DNA from: Vulcanimicrobiota bacterium
GTDB lineage: Bacteria > Vulcanimicrobiota > Vulcanimicrobiia > Vulcanimicrobiales > Vulcanimicrobiaceae
DNA length: 64,000 bases
Assembly (NCBI GenBank): GCA_963820825.1
Contig: CAWGBN010000005.1
Coordinates: forward strand, 1 to 64,000
Reading direction: 5' to 3'
Both the position numbers and the translations under genes were made by a program. This document shows, piece by piece, positions 1 through 12,089 of this stretch. Numbering within the stretch: the stretch's first letter is position 1; each line of letters opens with the position of its first letter. A model generated the notes under the pieces. It saw only the letters and a program-made list of their open reading frames with translations. It searched no databases and was not told the DNA's origin.

Positions 1-68
1 GCCACGTATTGCTGATGCGGCCGTCTTGGAGGAAAAGCACCCGGCACGTTCTATCTATGGGGGTCGCC

Positions 69-150
69 GGGCAAGTGGCGGAACTGGCAGACGCGCTGGA
101 TTTAGGTTCCAGTGGGGCGACCCGTCAGAGTTCGAGTCTCTGCTTGCCCA
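69..150 (+). tRNA. tRNA-Leu (anticodon TAG), CCA not encoded
   Basis: Acceptor stem GGGCAAG/CTTGCCC, D-loop GGAACTGGCAGAC, anticodon arm CTGGA-TTTAGGT-TCCAG, long variable arm, T-loop GTTCGAG. Confidence 0.95.
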
Positions 151-268
151 GAGTAGACGGGTAGCGCCCATCGCCACCGAAAGGATTTTACAACCAAGCC
201 ATTTCTATGGTTTGATAATGCGGCTCGCGCGGCGGTCTGCGTCGCGTCGAAACCACGGACGATATTTT

Positions 269-420
269 TGAGCGAGACATGGAGATTTGTGTGGTTGAGG
301 AGGCTCTGACCGACGAGCGAAGCCGGGAGGGCGAAAGCGAGGAGGCAGCGCAGCAGGAACGCAGCCGGGACGGCGGAGTGACGAGCGTCTCGAGGCCACA
401 CAAATCTCCATGTTGAGCGA
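269..420. repeat. MITE/REPIN-like element: 18-bp perfect inverted repeats flanked by TGAGCGA direct repeats
   Basis: ACATGGAGATTTGTGTGG (277-294) and CCACACAAATCTCCATGT (396-413); TGAGCGA at 269-275 and 414-420. Confidence 0.7.
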
Positions 421-425
421 CACCC

Positions 426-497
426 GCGGAAGTAGCTCAGTGGTAGAGCATCGCCTTGCCAAGGCGAGGGTCGCGAGTTCGAATCTCGTCTTCCGCT
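426..497 (+). tRNA. tRNA-Gly (anticodon GCC), CCA not encoded
   Basis: GCGGAAG/CTTCCGC acceptor stem, AGCTCAGTGGTAGAGC D-arm, anticodon loop TTGCCAA, GTTCGAATC T-loop. Confidence 0.96.
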
Positions 498-506
498 AAT
501 CTTTTT

Positions 507-1787
507 ATGACCGCTTCAACCTTGACCCAACTCGCTCCGACGCAAGTGGCGCTGGAGTTCTCGCTCAGTGAAGCGGAGCTCGCCTCCGCCGAGGAGCGCG
601 TCTTTCGCCGCCTCGTGCGTAACGTGCGCCTGCCGGGCTTTCGCAAGGGAAAAGTGCCGCGCAAGATCTTCGAGCAGACGTACGGCACCGAGACGCTCAG
701 GAACGAGGCGGTCGACGAAGTCGTTCCGGACGTCTACGCCCAGGCGCTGCGCGAACACGATCTCGAGCCGGTCGAGCCGCCGAAGCTCGAGGTCGTAGAA
801 TCGGCCCAGGGCCGCCCGACCAAGTTCAAAGCCACGGTGGAGGTCCGCCCCGCGATCCGTCTTGGCACCTACAAAGGCGTCGTCGTCTCCCGGCCGCCGA
901 TTGTGGTGACCGATGCGGACGTGGAACGGAGCCTGGAAGCCCTCGCCCGGGAACGGGCGACGCTGGTCCCGGCCGAGCGGGAGGCCCGGCTCGGGGATAT
1001 TGCGACCCTCGATTATCAGGGGTCGATCGACGGCGAGCCGTTCGACGGCGGAAGCGCGCAGGGTCAGATGGTCGAGCTTGATGAGGGGCGGTTCATTCCG
1101 GGGTTCGCGGCCGGGATCGCCGGAATGCGTCCCGGCGAGACCAAGGAGTTCGAGGTGCGCTTCCCCGACGAGTACCCGGCCGCCGAACTCGCCGGAAAGC
1201 CGGCGACCTTTCGGGTGACGGTGCACGAGCTCAAGGAGCTCGAGCTTCCCGCGCTCGACGACGACTTTGCCAAGGCGGTTTCGGAGAACCAGAGCCTGCC
1301 GGAACTGCGCGACGATTTGCGACGCCGGCTCGAGGCCGTCGCAACCGGACGCTCGCGCCGGGGCGTCGCCAACACAATCGTCGGGCAACTGCTCGCCAGT
1401 CACGAGATTCCGCTTCCGGCCTCGATGGTCGAGCGCGAGTTCGAGCACCTCGTCGCGGAGAGCGCCGCAGCGGACCCCGCGGAAGGCAAGGAGGAGGAGG
1501 AGCGTCGCGCGGCCCTGCACGCAGAGGCCGAATCGCGGGTTAAAGCCTCGCTGTTGATCCAGGCCATCGCCAAAGCAGAGAACGTCACTGCGACGCCTGC
1601 AGACGTGGCCGCGGAGCTCGATGCACTCGCGCGCCGCTACGGCCAGCCGGTCGCGCGAATTCGAAAGGCCCTCGGGAGCAACGTGCTCTCGATCATGGAC
1701 GGTATCGTTCGAAATAAGACGCTCGACTTGCTCGTCGACAACGCCGTTATTACCGACGACCAAGAAACCACCGGCGTTACGTCGTAG
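507..1787 (+). CDS. tig: Trigger factor
   Basis: GFRKGKVP ribosome-binding signature, FKBP domain (FIPGF), tig-clpP-clpX synteny; ATG at 507. Confidence 0.95.
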   Translation: MTASTLTQLAPTQVALEFSLSEAELASAEERVFRRLVRNVRLPGFRKGKVPRKIFEQTYGTETLRNEAVDEVVPDVYAQALREHDLEPVEPPKLEVVESAQGRPTKFKATVEVRPAIRLGTYKGVVVSRPPIVVTDADVERSLEALARERATLVPAEREARLGDIATLDYQGSIDGEPFDGGSAQGQMVELDEGRFIPGFAAGIAGMRPGETKEFEVRFPDEYPAAELAGKPATFRVTVHELKELELPALDDDFAKAVSENQSLPELRDDLRRRLEAVATGRSRRGVANTIVGQLLASHEIPLPASMVEREFEHLVAESAAADPAEGKEEEERRAALHAEAESRVKASLLIQAIAKAENVTATPADVAAELDALARRYGQPVARIRKALGSNVLSIMDGIVRNKTLDLLVDNAVITDDQETTGVTS

Positions 1788-1799
1788 TTAGAGCGAGAC

Positions 1800-2408
1800 A
1801 TGGGACATCTCGTACCAATGGTCGTGGAACAGACCGCGCGCGGCGAACGCGCTTACGATATTTATTCGCGCCTCCTCAAGGACCGGATCGTCTTCGTGGG
1901 CGGCCCGATCGACGATCACCTCGCGAATCTCGTCATCGCCCAACTCCTCTTCCTCGAAAAGGAAGATCCCGAAAAAGACATCGACATGTATCTCAATAGC
2001 CCGGGCGGCAGCGTTACCGCGGGGCTGGCGATGTACGACGCGATGCGCTTCATTAAGCCAGACGTCGCGACAATCTGCATGGGTTTTGCCGCCTCGATGG
2101 GATCGATACTCCTCACCGGTGGGGCGCCCGGCAAGCGGTACGCCCTTCCAAACTCGAAGATCGTCATCCACCAACCCTGGGTCTCGCAGATCGGGGGCCA
2201 GGCCACCGACGTGGAAATCGCTGCCCGGGACCTGCTTGCCACGCGCCAGACGGTCGCGCGCATATACGAAGAGACGACGAAGAGGCCCATCGACCAGATC
2301 CTGAGGGATATCGAGCGGGATTACTATATGACCGCCGCCGAGGCCAAGGAATACGGGATAATCGACCAGATTATCGAAAGTCGCCAAGGCCTGCCGTTAC
2401 CGGCATAG
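1800..2408 (+). CDS. clpP: ATP-dependent Clp protease proteolytic subunit
   Basis: [27 protein letters not shown] catalytic Ser, IHQP. Confidence 0.97.
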   Translation: MGHLVPMVVEQTARGERAYDIYSRLLKDRIVFVGGPIDDHLANLVIAQLLFLEKEDPEKDIDMYLNSPGGSVTAGLAMYDAMRFIKPDVATICMGFAASMGSILLTGGAPGKRYALPNSKIVIHQPWVSQIGGQATDVEIAARDLLATRQTVARIYEETTKRPIDQILRDIERDYYMTAAEAKEYGIIDQIIESRQGLPLPA

Positions 2409-2430
2409 GCAGAGGAGAATCCGGGACCCG

Positions 2431-3692
2431 ATGTTTCGGTTTGGGGACGACAAGGGGCAACTCAAATGCAGCTTCTGCGGAAAATCGCAGGAGCAGGTTC
2501 GCAAGCTAATTGCGGGTACCGGGCGTTTATATTTGCGACGAATGCATCGAGCTCTGTAACGAGATCATCGAAGAGGAGCTCTATAAGAACGTCGACGAGA
2601 ACCTGCGCCTCCGCAACATTCCCAAACCCAAAGAGATCAACCACATTCTCAACCAGTACGTGATCGGCCAGGAGCGCGCGAAGAAGTCGCTCGCGGTTGC
2701 GGTGTACAACCACTACAAGCGGATCAACGCCGGCGGCACGGCCGACGACGTCGAGCTGCAGAAGTCGAACATTCTCTTGGTCGGACCGACAGGATCGGGC
2801 AAGACCTATCTCGCCGCAAACGTTGGCCAAGATTCTCGATGTGCCGCTCGCGATGGCCGATGCGACCTCGTTGACGGAAGCCGGTTACGTCGGCGAAGAC
2901 GTCGAGAACATTCTCCTCAAGCTGATCCAGGCCGCCGATTACGACGTGAAGCGTGCCGAGAAGGGTATCGTCTACATCGACGAGATCGACAAGATCGCTC
3001 GAAAGAGCGAGAACCCGTCAATCACGCGGGACGTCTCGGGCGAGGGCGTGCAACAGGCGCTGCTCAAAATTCTCGAGGGCACGACCGCGAACGTTCCGCC
3101 GCAGGGCGGCCGCAAGCATCCGCACCAGGAGTTCATCCAAATCGACACGACCAACGTGCTCTTCATCTGCGGCGGGGCCTTCGACGGGCTCGAGCGGATC
3201 ATTGAATCACGCGTGGCGGCGAACAATATGGGTTTCCGCGCTCAGCCCGAGGGCAAGCGCGACGTTCGCGTCGGCAAGCTGCTCCAGCAGCTCATGCCGG
3301 AGGATCTGCTTCGTTTCGGTCTCATCCCGGAGTTCATCGGCCGTTTGCCGATCGTGGTAACCCTCGACGCGCTCGACGAGCTCGCGCTGCGGCGAATCCT
3401 CACCGAACCGCGTAACGCGCTCGTGCGACAGTTCCAAAAGATTCTCAACATGGACGGCGTCGATCTGCAGTTCACGAAAGAGGCGCTGGTCGCGATCGCG
3501 ACCAAGGCGCAGGGCCGCAAGACGGGCGCGCGCGGATTGCGTTCGATCCTCGAGGAGACGATGCTCGAGGTGATGTACGATCTGCCGTCGCTGCAAGGCG
3601 TCAAGAAGTGCGTCATCAATAAGGACGTGATCGAGAAGAAGGAGTCGCCGACGCTGGTATACCACGAGCAAAAGAAGGACATGCCCGCCTGA
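2431..3692 (+). CDS. clpX: ClpX ATPase (two apparent frameshifts near 2517 and 2815)
   Basis: [17 protein letters not shown] zinc finger, GPTGSGKT Walker [23 protein letters not shown] spread over three frames. Confidence 0.93.
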
Positions 3693-3914
3693 GCCTTGCG
3701 CCAGGTGACCTTCTCCGCGAAACCGCTCGTCGTCGCGCCTCCTGCGCTCCTCCCGCTACGGCGCTCGCCCGGACGAGCGAGCTTTGAACGAGTTGCACAT
3801 CCTGTACTGGTCCGGGCTCGTCGCAGTTTTCGCTTAGAACGTCACCTGGCGCTCGGCTCGGCGCGCGCTGAGGGAGAGGCTGGGCCGTCAGCGATGCTGA
3901 ACGCAGGCGAACCG

Positions 3915-6528
3915 ATGGACCTCCCCAAACACTACGACCCCCAAGCGGTCGAGCCGCGCCTCTACGAGCGTTGGGAGCGCAACGGCTACTTTCACGAAGA
4001 GCCGGATCCGCGCGTCCACCGTTCATCATCTGCATGCCGCCACCAAACGTGACGGCGCGCGCGCATCTTGGGCCACGGCTCGACCTATCTTCCGATGGAC
4101 GTGCTGACGCGCTACCATCGCATGCTCGGCAATAATGCCGATTGGCTTCCCGGCGTCGATCACGCCGCGATCGCGACCGAGACGGTGCTCGTCAAGGAGC
4201 TCGCGCGAGAAGGCATTCGGCGCGAGGATTTAGGGCGCGAACGTTTCGTGGAGCGCGCGTGGGAGTGGTCGCGTCTCTACGGCGGCGCGATCGACGCGCA
4301 GTTTCGCCGGCTCGGTTTCGGCGCCGATTGGCAGCGCTCACGGTTCACGATGGACGAAGGTCTATCCGCGGCGGTCCGTCGCGTCTTCGTTCGGCTCTAT
4401 CGCGAAGGATTGATCTACCGCGGTACGCGGCTGATCAACTGGGACCCGACCGCGAAATCGACGGTCTCCGATGCCGAGCTCGAGTACGTCGAGCGCGACG
4501 GCACGCTCTGGCGCGTCCGCTATCCCTTCGACAAGGCGAGTCTCGCCGAGGGTATCGAGGTCGCGACGACGCGGCCGGAGACGATGCTCGGCGACGTCGC
4601 GATCGCGGTTCATCCGAAGGATGCGCGTTACGCGCAATCTCATCGGCCGCAGCGTCCTGGTACCGCCGCTGCTGGAGCGATCGATTCCGATCGTCGCCGA
4701 CGAAGCGGTCGATCCGGAGTTCGGCACGGGCGCCGTGAAGGTCACGCCGGCGCACGACCCGGTCGACTACGAAATCGGCCGGCGCCACGACCTGGCGATG
4801 CCGTCGGTAATCGCCCTCGACGCACGGATCTGCGGTACCGACGTCGACGTGGGCCGATACGCAAGGCCTCGACCGCTTCGAAGCGCGCGCGCGGATCGTC
4901 GAGGATTTACGCGCGCTCGGAGCTGCTGGTCGACGCGCAGCCGCATCGTCATTCGGTCGCGACGAGCGAGCGCAGCGGCGACGTCGTCGAGCCGCTGCTC
5001 TCGCTGCAGTGGTTCGTCAAAGCCGCACCGCTGGCGGCGCCGGCGCTGGAAGCCTATCGCAGCGGACGGCTGCGCTTCGTACCGGAGCGCTACGGCCGCA
5101 CCTACGAGCAGTGGCTCGAGAACATTCGCGACTGGAACGTCTCACGACAGATCTGGTGGGGACATCAGCTTCCGGTCTGGTATACGCCCGACGGCGCCGA
5201 GATCGTCGCCGAGAGTGAGAACGAAGCGCGCGAGATCGCGCAACGGACGCACGGAACGAGCGAGCTGACGCGCGATCCCGACACGCTCGACACGTGGTTC
5301 TCCAGCGGCCTCTGGCCGTTTTCGATTCTCGGCTGGCCGGAGCAAACGCTCGAGCTGCAGTGCTGGTATCCGTCGCAAGTGCTGGTTACCGGGGGCGAGA
5401 TCATCTTTCTGTGGGTCGCGCGCATGGTCATGCTCGGCATCCACGTGATCGGAGAGATTCCGTTCCGCGACGTGGTCATCACGCCGCTCGTCTTCGACGC
5501 CGCCGGGCGGAAGATGTCGAAGTCGTTGGGTAACGTAATCGATCCGATCGGATCTCGCCGATAAGTACGGTGCCGATGCGTTTCGTCTCTCGATCCTTCG
5601 GCAGATGCGCCTCGAGAGCCAAGAGCTGCGCTATCAGGAGTCGCGCTGCGAAGAGGCGCGCAACTTCAACAACAAGATTTGGAACGCGACGCGGTACGTG
5701 CTCTCGCTTCCGGAGGGATTGCCGTTGCCGATGACGCTTCCCGTAGCGACAGCGATGACCATACCCGACCGCTGGATTCTCACCCGTCTCCGCGAGACGA
5801 TCGCGCGGATGGGAAGCCTGCTTTCGGAGTACGATTTCGGGAACGCCACCGAAACTATTTGGCGCTTCGTGTGGTACGAGTTCTGCGATTGGTATCTCGA
5901 AGCGACCAAGGCCGAAGGGAACCGTGCGACGCGCGCCGCGGTGCTCTCCTACGTTTGGAACGCCGCCATGCGGCTGCTGCACCCCTTTGCGCCCTTCATC
6001 AGCGAGGAAGTCTGGCTCGCCCTTCCCCACGACGGCGAAACGATCGTGACCGCCAACTGGCCCGATCCGCTCGAGGTTCCCCAGTTCGAAGACGATGCCC
6101 GGAGCTTCGCGTTGGTGCAGCGAGCCGTCGAGCGGGTTCGCAACCTTCGCGCCGAGATGGGACTCCATCCCCGCGAGCGCCTCGTGCTGGAGATTCCACA
6201 GAACGTTCCGGAGCAGGCGGCCGCACTCGTCGCGCAGCTTGCCGGGGGATCGGTTCAAGGCGCCGCTGCTGCGGGCGCGACCCTCGACGAGGCGCTGGCG
6301 GCGATCGGCGCGCAAGCGCCGCGCGATCTGCTCGCGGAGCGTTACCGCAAGGAGGCCCAGCACTTGCGCTCTGAAATCGAACGCGGCGAGAAGAAGCTCG
6401 GGAACGAAGCCTTCGTCGCCAAAGCAGCGCCCAGCGTCGTCGAAAAGGAACGCGAAAAGCTCGCAGCCTATCGCGACGATCTCGCTCGAGTCGAGGCGGC
6501 ATTGGACGCGCTCAAGGAGCCGGCATGA
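3915..6528 (+). CDS. valS: Valyl-tRNA synthetase (several apparent frameshifts)
   Basis: PPPNVT...[47 protein letters not shown]-terminal coiled coil; alternative start 3894. Confidence 0.93.
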
Positions 6529-7073
6529 GTTCCGCCGCTCGCGTGGTTGCGCGCGGTGCAGAGATCGACCGGATCGTCGCGCGCCTCGCGCATCAGATTC
6601 TCGAGCCCGCGCAAGCCGAACGAGGTCTCGTTTTGCTCGGCGTTCGCCGCGGCGGTGAAGCGCTCGCGGTGCGGCTCGCCACGCAGATCGAACGGATCAG
6701 CGGGCGTCCGCCGGCGCTGGGCTTCTTGAACATCAATCTCTATCGCGACGACCGAGTGACGCACGAGTTGCCCGATTCGCAGATTCCGCTCGATCTCGAG
6801 CAGCGGCTCGTCGTGATCGTCGACGACGTGCTCTATACCGGCCGGACGATACGGTCGGCGCTCGATGCCGTTACCGATCTCGGACGCCCCGCGGCGGTGC
6901 GCCTCTGCGTACTGATCGACCGCGGCCTGCGCGAGCTGCCGATCCAGGCCGATTACATCGGACGCTTCATTGCGACGACGCCCGACGAGCGAGTGCGGGT
7001 CGAGCTCTCCCGCGAGCCGGCGGCGACCGACGCCATCACGATTACGGGAAGCTCCGGTGCGGATTCGGCGTAG
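6525..7073 (+). CDS. pyrR: Pyrimidine regulatory protein / uracil phosphoribosyltransferase
   Basis: [38 protein letters not shown]. Confidence 0.95.
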   Translation: MSSAARVVARGAEIDRIVARLAHQILEPAQAERGLVLLGVRRGGEALAVRLATQIERISGRPPALGFLNINLYRDDRVTHELPDSQIPLDLEQRLVVIVDDVLYTGRTIRSALDAVTDLGRPAAVRLCVLIDRGLRELPIQADYIGRFIATTPDERVRVELSREPAATDAITITGSSGADSA

Positions 7074-7963
7074 CCTGATCGACTTCGACGATCTGACCGC
7101 CGAGGAGCTCGCCTTCATATTCGAGCGGACGGCAGAGTTCGAGCGTCAGGAGCCGGGACCGCTCCTCGCGGGCAAAGCCTGCGCGAACATGTTCTTCGAA
7201 GAGAGCACGCGGACGTTTACGTCTTTCAATCTCGCCGAGATGCGGCTGGGCGCGGACGTCGTCAACCTCGCGCCGAAGAGTTGAGTCTTGCGACGAAGGG
7301 CGAGACGCTCGAGGATACCGCGATTACGCTCGGTGCGATGGGAGTCTGCGTGGTCGTCGTGCGCCACCAGGAGCCCGGCTTTCCCCAGCGCATCGCGCAG
7401 GCATTCGACGGCCACGTCATCAACGCGGGTGACGGCGTGCACGCGCACCCGACGCAAGCGCTGCTCGATATCTACACGCTGATCGAGGAGTTCGGCTCGA
7501 TCGGCGGCCGGACGGTCGCGATCGTCGGCGACGTTCTGCATAGCCGGGTCGCGCATTCAACTATTCGGGGCCTGGCGCGGCTCGGTGCCGCGATCGTCCT
7601 CGTCGGACCCGAGGCGTTTCTCCCCGGCAGCTATGCTGGGAACGGGGTCAGTGTGGAACGCGACCTCGAGGCCGTCTTGCCGCGGGTCGACGCCGTCGTG
7701 CTGCTGCGGATCCAGCGCGAGCGCTTCGCGGAGATGCCGATCTCCGATCGCGAGTACGTCGCGCGCTACCGGCTCGACGCGCGGCGCCTGGCACTCCTGC
7801 GCAAGGACGCGATCGTCATGCATCCCGGCCCGTACAATCGCGGCATGGAGCTCGACGATTCGGTCCTCGACTTCGCCGGCTGGCGGTACGCACGCCAGGT
7901 GATCATGGCGTCGCGGTCCGCATGGCGGTTCTCGATCTCCTCGTCAACGCAAGGCAGCCGTAG
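7057..7963 (+). CDS. pyrB: Aspartate carbamoyltransferase catalytic subunit (frameshifts near 7280 and 7900)
   Basis: [44 protein letters not shown]. Confidence 0.92.
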
Positions 7964-9158
7964 ATGCCCGACCTCTTGATCAAAGGGGGACGGATCGTCG
8001 ATCCGGCGGCCTCGCTCGATTCGCTGCTTGATCTGCGCCTGCGCGACGGGAAGGTCGCCGAGATCGGCGAGCATCTCGAGCCGCACGTAACGAAGCGCTG
8101 CTCGATGCGCGCGGCAGCATCGTCGCCCCGGGCTTCATCGATATGCACGTGCACCTGCGCGAGCCCGGCTTCCCCGAGAAAGAGACGATCGCGACGGGAA
8201 CGGAGGCCGCCGTGCGCGGCGGTTTCACGAGCGTTGCGTGCATGCCGAACACGCACCCCGCGCTCGACGATCCGAACGTGCTCGCGAACTTGGCCGAGGC
8301 GATCGAACGCGAGGCCCGTTGTCGGGTCTATCCGATCGGAGCCATTACGCGCGGCCGCCGCGGCGTGGAACTCTGCGATTACGTGGCCCTTTCCGCAGCC
8401 GGCGCGGTGGCCTTTTCGGACGACGGCGACACCGTGCAAGACGGGCGCGTCATGCGCGAGGCGGCGCTGCAGGCGCGCGATTTGCCCGCGCCGTTCATCG
8501 CGCACTGCGAACCCGAGGACGCCATCGTCGCGCGCGATCTCGCGATCGCGGCCGAGACGAAGAAGGCCTGGCACGTCGCGCATCTATCGACCGCCGCGCG
8601 CTCGAACTGCTGCGCGCCGCGCGCGCGGCGAGTACGCGAGTAACCTGCGAAGTGACGCCGCACCATCTGACGTTTACCAGCGAAGTTCGCGACGGATCGG
8701 CGCCGCAGCAAGGTCAATCCGCCGCTGCGCAGCGAGTACGACGTGCGGCCTTGCGCGACGCCGTCTGCGACGGCACGATCGACGCCTTCGCCAGCGATCA
8801 CGCGCCGCATACCACCGCCGAGAAGAGCGGCGACGTGCAGCAGGCGCGCCCGGCTTCACCGGCTTGGAGATCGCGGTGGGCGCCTATGCTGCGGCGATGC
8901 CCGATCTGCCGCTGCCGCGTTTCGTCGAGCTGCTCTCGACCAATCCCGCACGCATCCTGGGCGTGCCCGGCGGCACCCTCGCGATCGGATCGCCGGCCGA
9001 CGTCACGATCTTCGCCGAGCGGGAATGGACCGTCGACCCCGCAGCCTTCGCATCGAAAGGAAAATGCACGCCGTTTACCGGCGCGCGGCTTCCGCGCAGA
9101 GTGGTCGCGACGATCGTCGGCGGCGAGGTGCGCTATCGCGCTGGAGTTCGCGACGTGA
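7964..9158 (+). CDS. pyrC: Dihydroorotase (multiple apparent frameshifts)
   Basis: [51 protein letters not shown]. Confidence 0.9.
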
Positions 9159-10249
9159 TCGAACGAGAGAGTCCCGCCGCGCTCTTTCTCGCCGACGGCA
9201 GCCGCTTCGACGGTCACGGGCTCGGTTTCGAAGGCATCGCGTTCGGCGAGGCGGTCTTCTACACCGGGATGACCGGCTACGAAGAGGCGCTGACCGATCC
9301 GTCGTACGCCGGGCAGATCTTGACGTTCACCTATCCGATGATCGGCAACTACGGCATCTCCGGAAGAGGCGGCGCAATATCGGCGCGTCTGCGTCGCGGC
9401 GACCGTCATCAAGCAGATCGCCTATCATCCGTCGCACCATCTCGCATGCGACCTTGCCGGTCTGGCTCGACGACAGAAGGTGTTCGGCGCTTGTCGGCGC
9501 CGACACGCGCGCCATCACGATCGCGCTGCGCGAGCACGGAACGATTTGGGCGGCGCTCGCCGTCGGCGATGCGGCACTCGCGCAGGCCGCCGAGCGACGC
9601 TTGCGGAGTACGTGCGCACGGCGAACACGAGCGGCTGGTTCCCAGCGTCGCCACCGCGCGAAGCTTCTACGGTCGGTCCGGCAGCGGCAGCGCACATCGT
9701 CGCTGATCGACTGCGGCGTGAAGCGCGCTATCCTTCGTCAGCTCGAAGCGCTCGGCGCGCGGATTACCGTGCTGCCCTACGACGCGACGGTCGACGAGGT
9801 ACTGGCGCAAGATCCGGCCGCGGTCGTGATTTCGCCCGGTCCCGGCGATCCGACCGATCTCGCCGGCAACGTCGAGACTGCTGCGCGAGCTCGTCGGGCG
9901 CAAACCGCTCTTCGGCATCTGTTTGGGGCACCAGCTGCTGGCGCTGGCGTGCGGTGCGCGACCTATAAACTTCCGTACGGCCACCGCGGCGGCAACCAGC
10001 CGGTGCACGATCTGCGCGGCGACGAGGTGCTGGTCACCGCCCACAATCACGGCTACGCGGTCGATGCGCAGTCGTTACCGGGCGATCTGGAAGCGACGAT
10101 GACCAATCTCAACGACGGGACCAACGAAGGCTTTCGTCATCGCACGCTGCCGATCGTCGGCGGTGCAGTTTCATCCCGAAGCGGCGCCCGGCCCGTTCGA
10201 TGCGCGCCGCCTCTTTGCGCAATGGTTAGACGAGCTGCCGCAGCCCTAG
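9155..10249 (+). CDS. carA: Carbamoyl-phosphate synthase small subunit (multiple apparent frameshifts)
   Basis: [61 protein letters not shown]. Confidence 0.9.
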
Positions 10250-11116
10250 CGCTGCTGACCGTCGCGTGGCTCGCCACGCCGGCGCCGTGGCGCGCGCAGT
10301 CGCTCCAGCGGCTGACGGTCGAGTCGTTCGTGCTTTGGCCGATACGACGGCCCCGCAGGTCGACATGCCGTTCCACCTGATCGTGACGCTGCACGTGCGC
10401 GAGACATGTCATGCGCATCGACAACCTCGACCTGCCGATGCTGGCCGAGCTCGAGCTCCTGGGTGACGAACGCGAGACGCAGAGCGGCTCCGCGGCACGC
10501 AGTATCGCGAGACGATCACCGTGGTCGCGCATCATCGGGGACGGTCGCCATCGCGCCGGCGACGCTGCAAGCCGTCGACGCCCGCGACGGTAAGCCGAAA
10601 CAGTGGTACACCAATGCGCTTCGCTTACAGTCGTCGGCCGCGCCCTCGATCCCGAGCGGTGCTCCGCGGCGCGTGCAACTCGCGCTGCGGGTTGCTGCTC
10701 GGGGTTGTCGGCATTGCGATCGTCGGTCGGTCTGGTCGTGCTGATCGCCGGCGCCGCCCCAAACCGCTGCCGATGCCGCTCCGCCGCCGGCTCCGGTCGC
10801 GCCGCCGGAACCGCCGCCGGTCGTCGTCAGTGCGCTCGCGGCGCCACGAGATCGAAGATGCGCTGACCGTGCTGCGCGCCGAGCGTACGCGCGTTACCGC
10901 GGTGCGCGTGCGCAGCGCCGTGTGGCGCATGGTCGGCGCCTCGGAGGGCGAAACGCTGGCCGACGTGCTGCGCCGTCCGCAAGCCAACGATCCGGTGCCT
11001 GCGCGAGCTGCTGGTCGCGCTGGAACGCAGCGCCTTCACCTACGACGACGATCTGCGTGCTGCCATCGCCGATGCGTGTGCCGCGCTCGAGCAGCTACGC
11101 GGAGGCGCTCCCATGA
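10222..11116 (+). CDS. Exported/membrane protein, BatD-like position in MoxR cluster (frameshifted)
   Basis: Signal-peptide-like N-terminus [12 protein letters not shown], beta-rich middle, TM plus Pro-rich linker; stop overlaps moxR start (ATGA). BatD-like assignment is from context. Confidence 0.5.
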
Positions 11117-12089
11117 TACAGGCTCGCACGCCCGGCCGATCTGCGCGCGGCACTCGCCGAGACGATCGTCGGTCAAGAGGGCGTCCTCGAGGCACTGCTG
11201 CTGGCGCTGCTCGCCAACGGGCACGTTTTACTCGAGGGGCCGCCGGGTTTAGCCAAAACGCTGGCCTGCCGCTCGCTGGCCGCGGCGCTGGAGGGCGAGT
11301 TCAAACGCATTCAGTTCACGCCCGACCTCTTGCCCAGCGACATCGTCGGAACGCGCATCTTCGATCAGCGCGAAAGCGCCTTCGCCACGGTGCTCGGGCC
11401 GATCTTCGCCAACGTCGTGCTCGCCGACGAGATCAATCGCGCGCCGGCTAAAGTGCAGTCGGCGCTGCTCGAAGCGATGCAGGAGCGTCAGGTGACGATC
11501 GGACCGCAGACGTACGCGCTGCCCGATCCGTTCGTCGTCATGGCGACGATGAATCCGCTCGACTCGGAGGGCACCTACGCGCTCCCGATCGCGCAGATGG
11601 ATCGCTTCCTGATGAAGGTCAACGTCGGTTATCCGTCGCGCGACGAAGAGCTGCGCATTCTCGACCGCTTCGCCGTTGCCGACACGCAGCCGGTGCGCTC
11701 CGTCGCGAGCCTCGACGACGTGCGCTCGCTGGCGCGAACAGGCGCACGCCGTACACATCGACGAGAAGCTTAAACGCTACATCGTCGAGCTCGTCGCCGT
11801 GACGCGCGATGCCAGTTCGTCTCGGTGTCGGCGACGTCCGGCTCGACGCTCGCGCCGCGGAGTTGATCGACTACGGCGCCAGCCCACGCGCGACGCTGGC
11901 TCTGGCCTTTCTGGCCCGCGGCCGCGCGATGCTCGACGATCGCGACTTCGCGCTCCCCGACGACGTGCGCGCCGATCGCGGCGCACGCGCTCCGCCATCG
12001 CATCGGCTTCAACTATCGCCTCGCCACCGAGGGCGTCAGCGCGGACCGGAGCGATCGAGGCGATGATCGCCGCCTTCCCCGCGCCGTGA
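11113..12089 (+). CDS. moxR: MoxR-family AAA+ ATPase (frameshifted)
   Basis: [73 protein letters not shown]. Confidence 0.92.

Noticed and set aside
277..413. 6S RNA
   Set aside because: Shorter than typical 6S, with no recognisable central bubble, and flanking direct repeats favour an inserted element. Not excluded without a covariance search.
516..1763. Long antisense and alternate-frame ORFs (this one and many others in the track)
   Set aside because: Shadow ORFs expected in high-GC coding DNA: Arg/Ala/Pro-rich, with no motifs.
3865..3895. PyrR binding loop (GAGAGGCTG) or T-box in the valS leader
   Set aside because: The 5' AGUCC half of the PyrR motif, a U-rich terminator and the T-box consensus are all absent.
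7964..9706. Apparent PyrC-CarA fusion (CAD-like) in the ORF track
   Set aside because: The region is full of indels. A GTGA stop/start overlap at 9155-9158 explains two separate genes if one base is missing just upstream.
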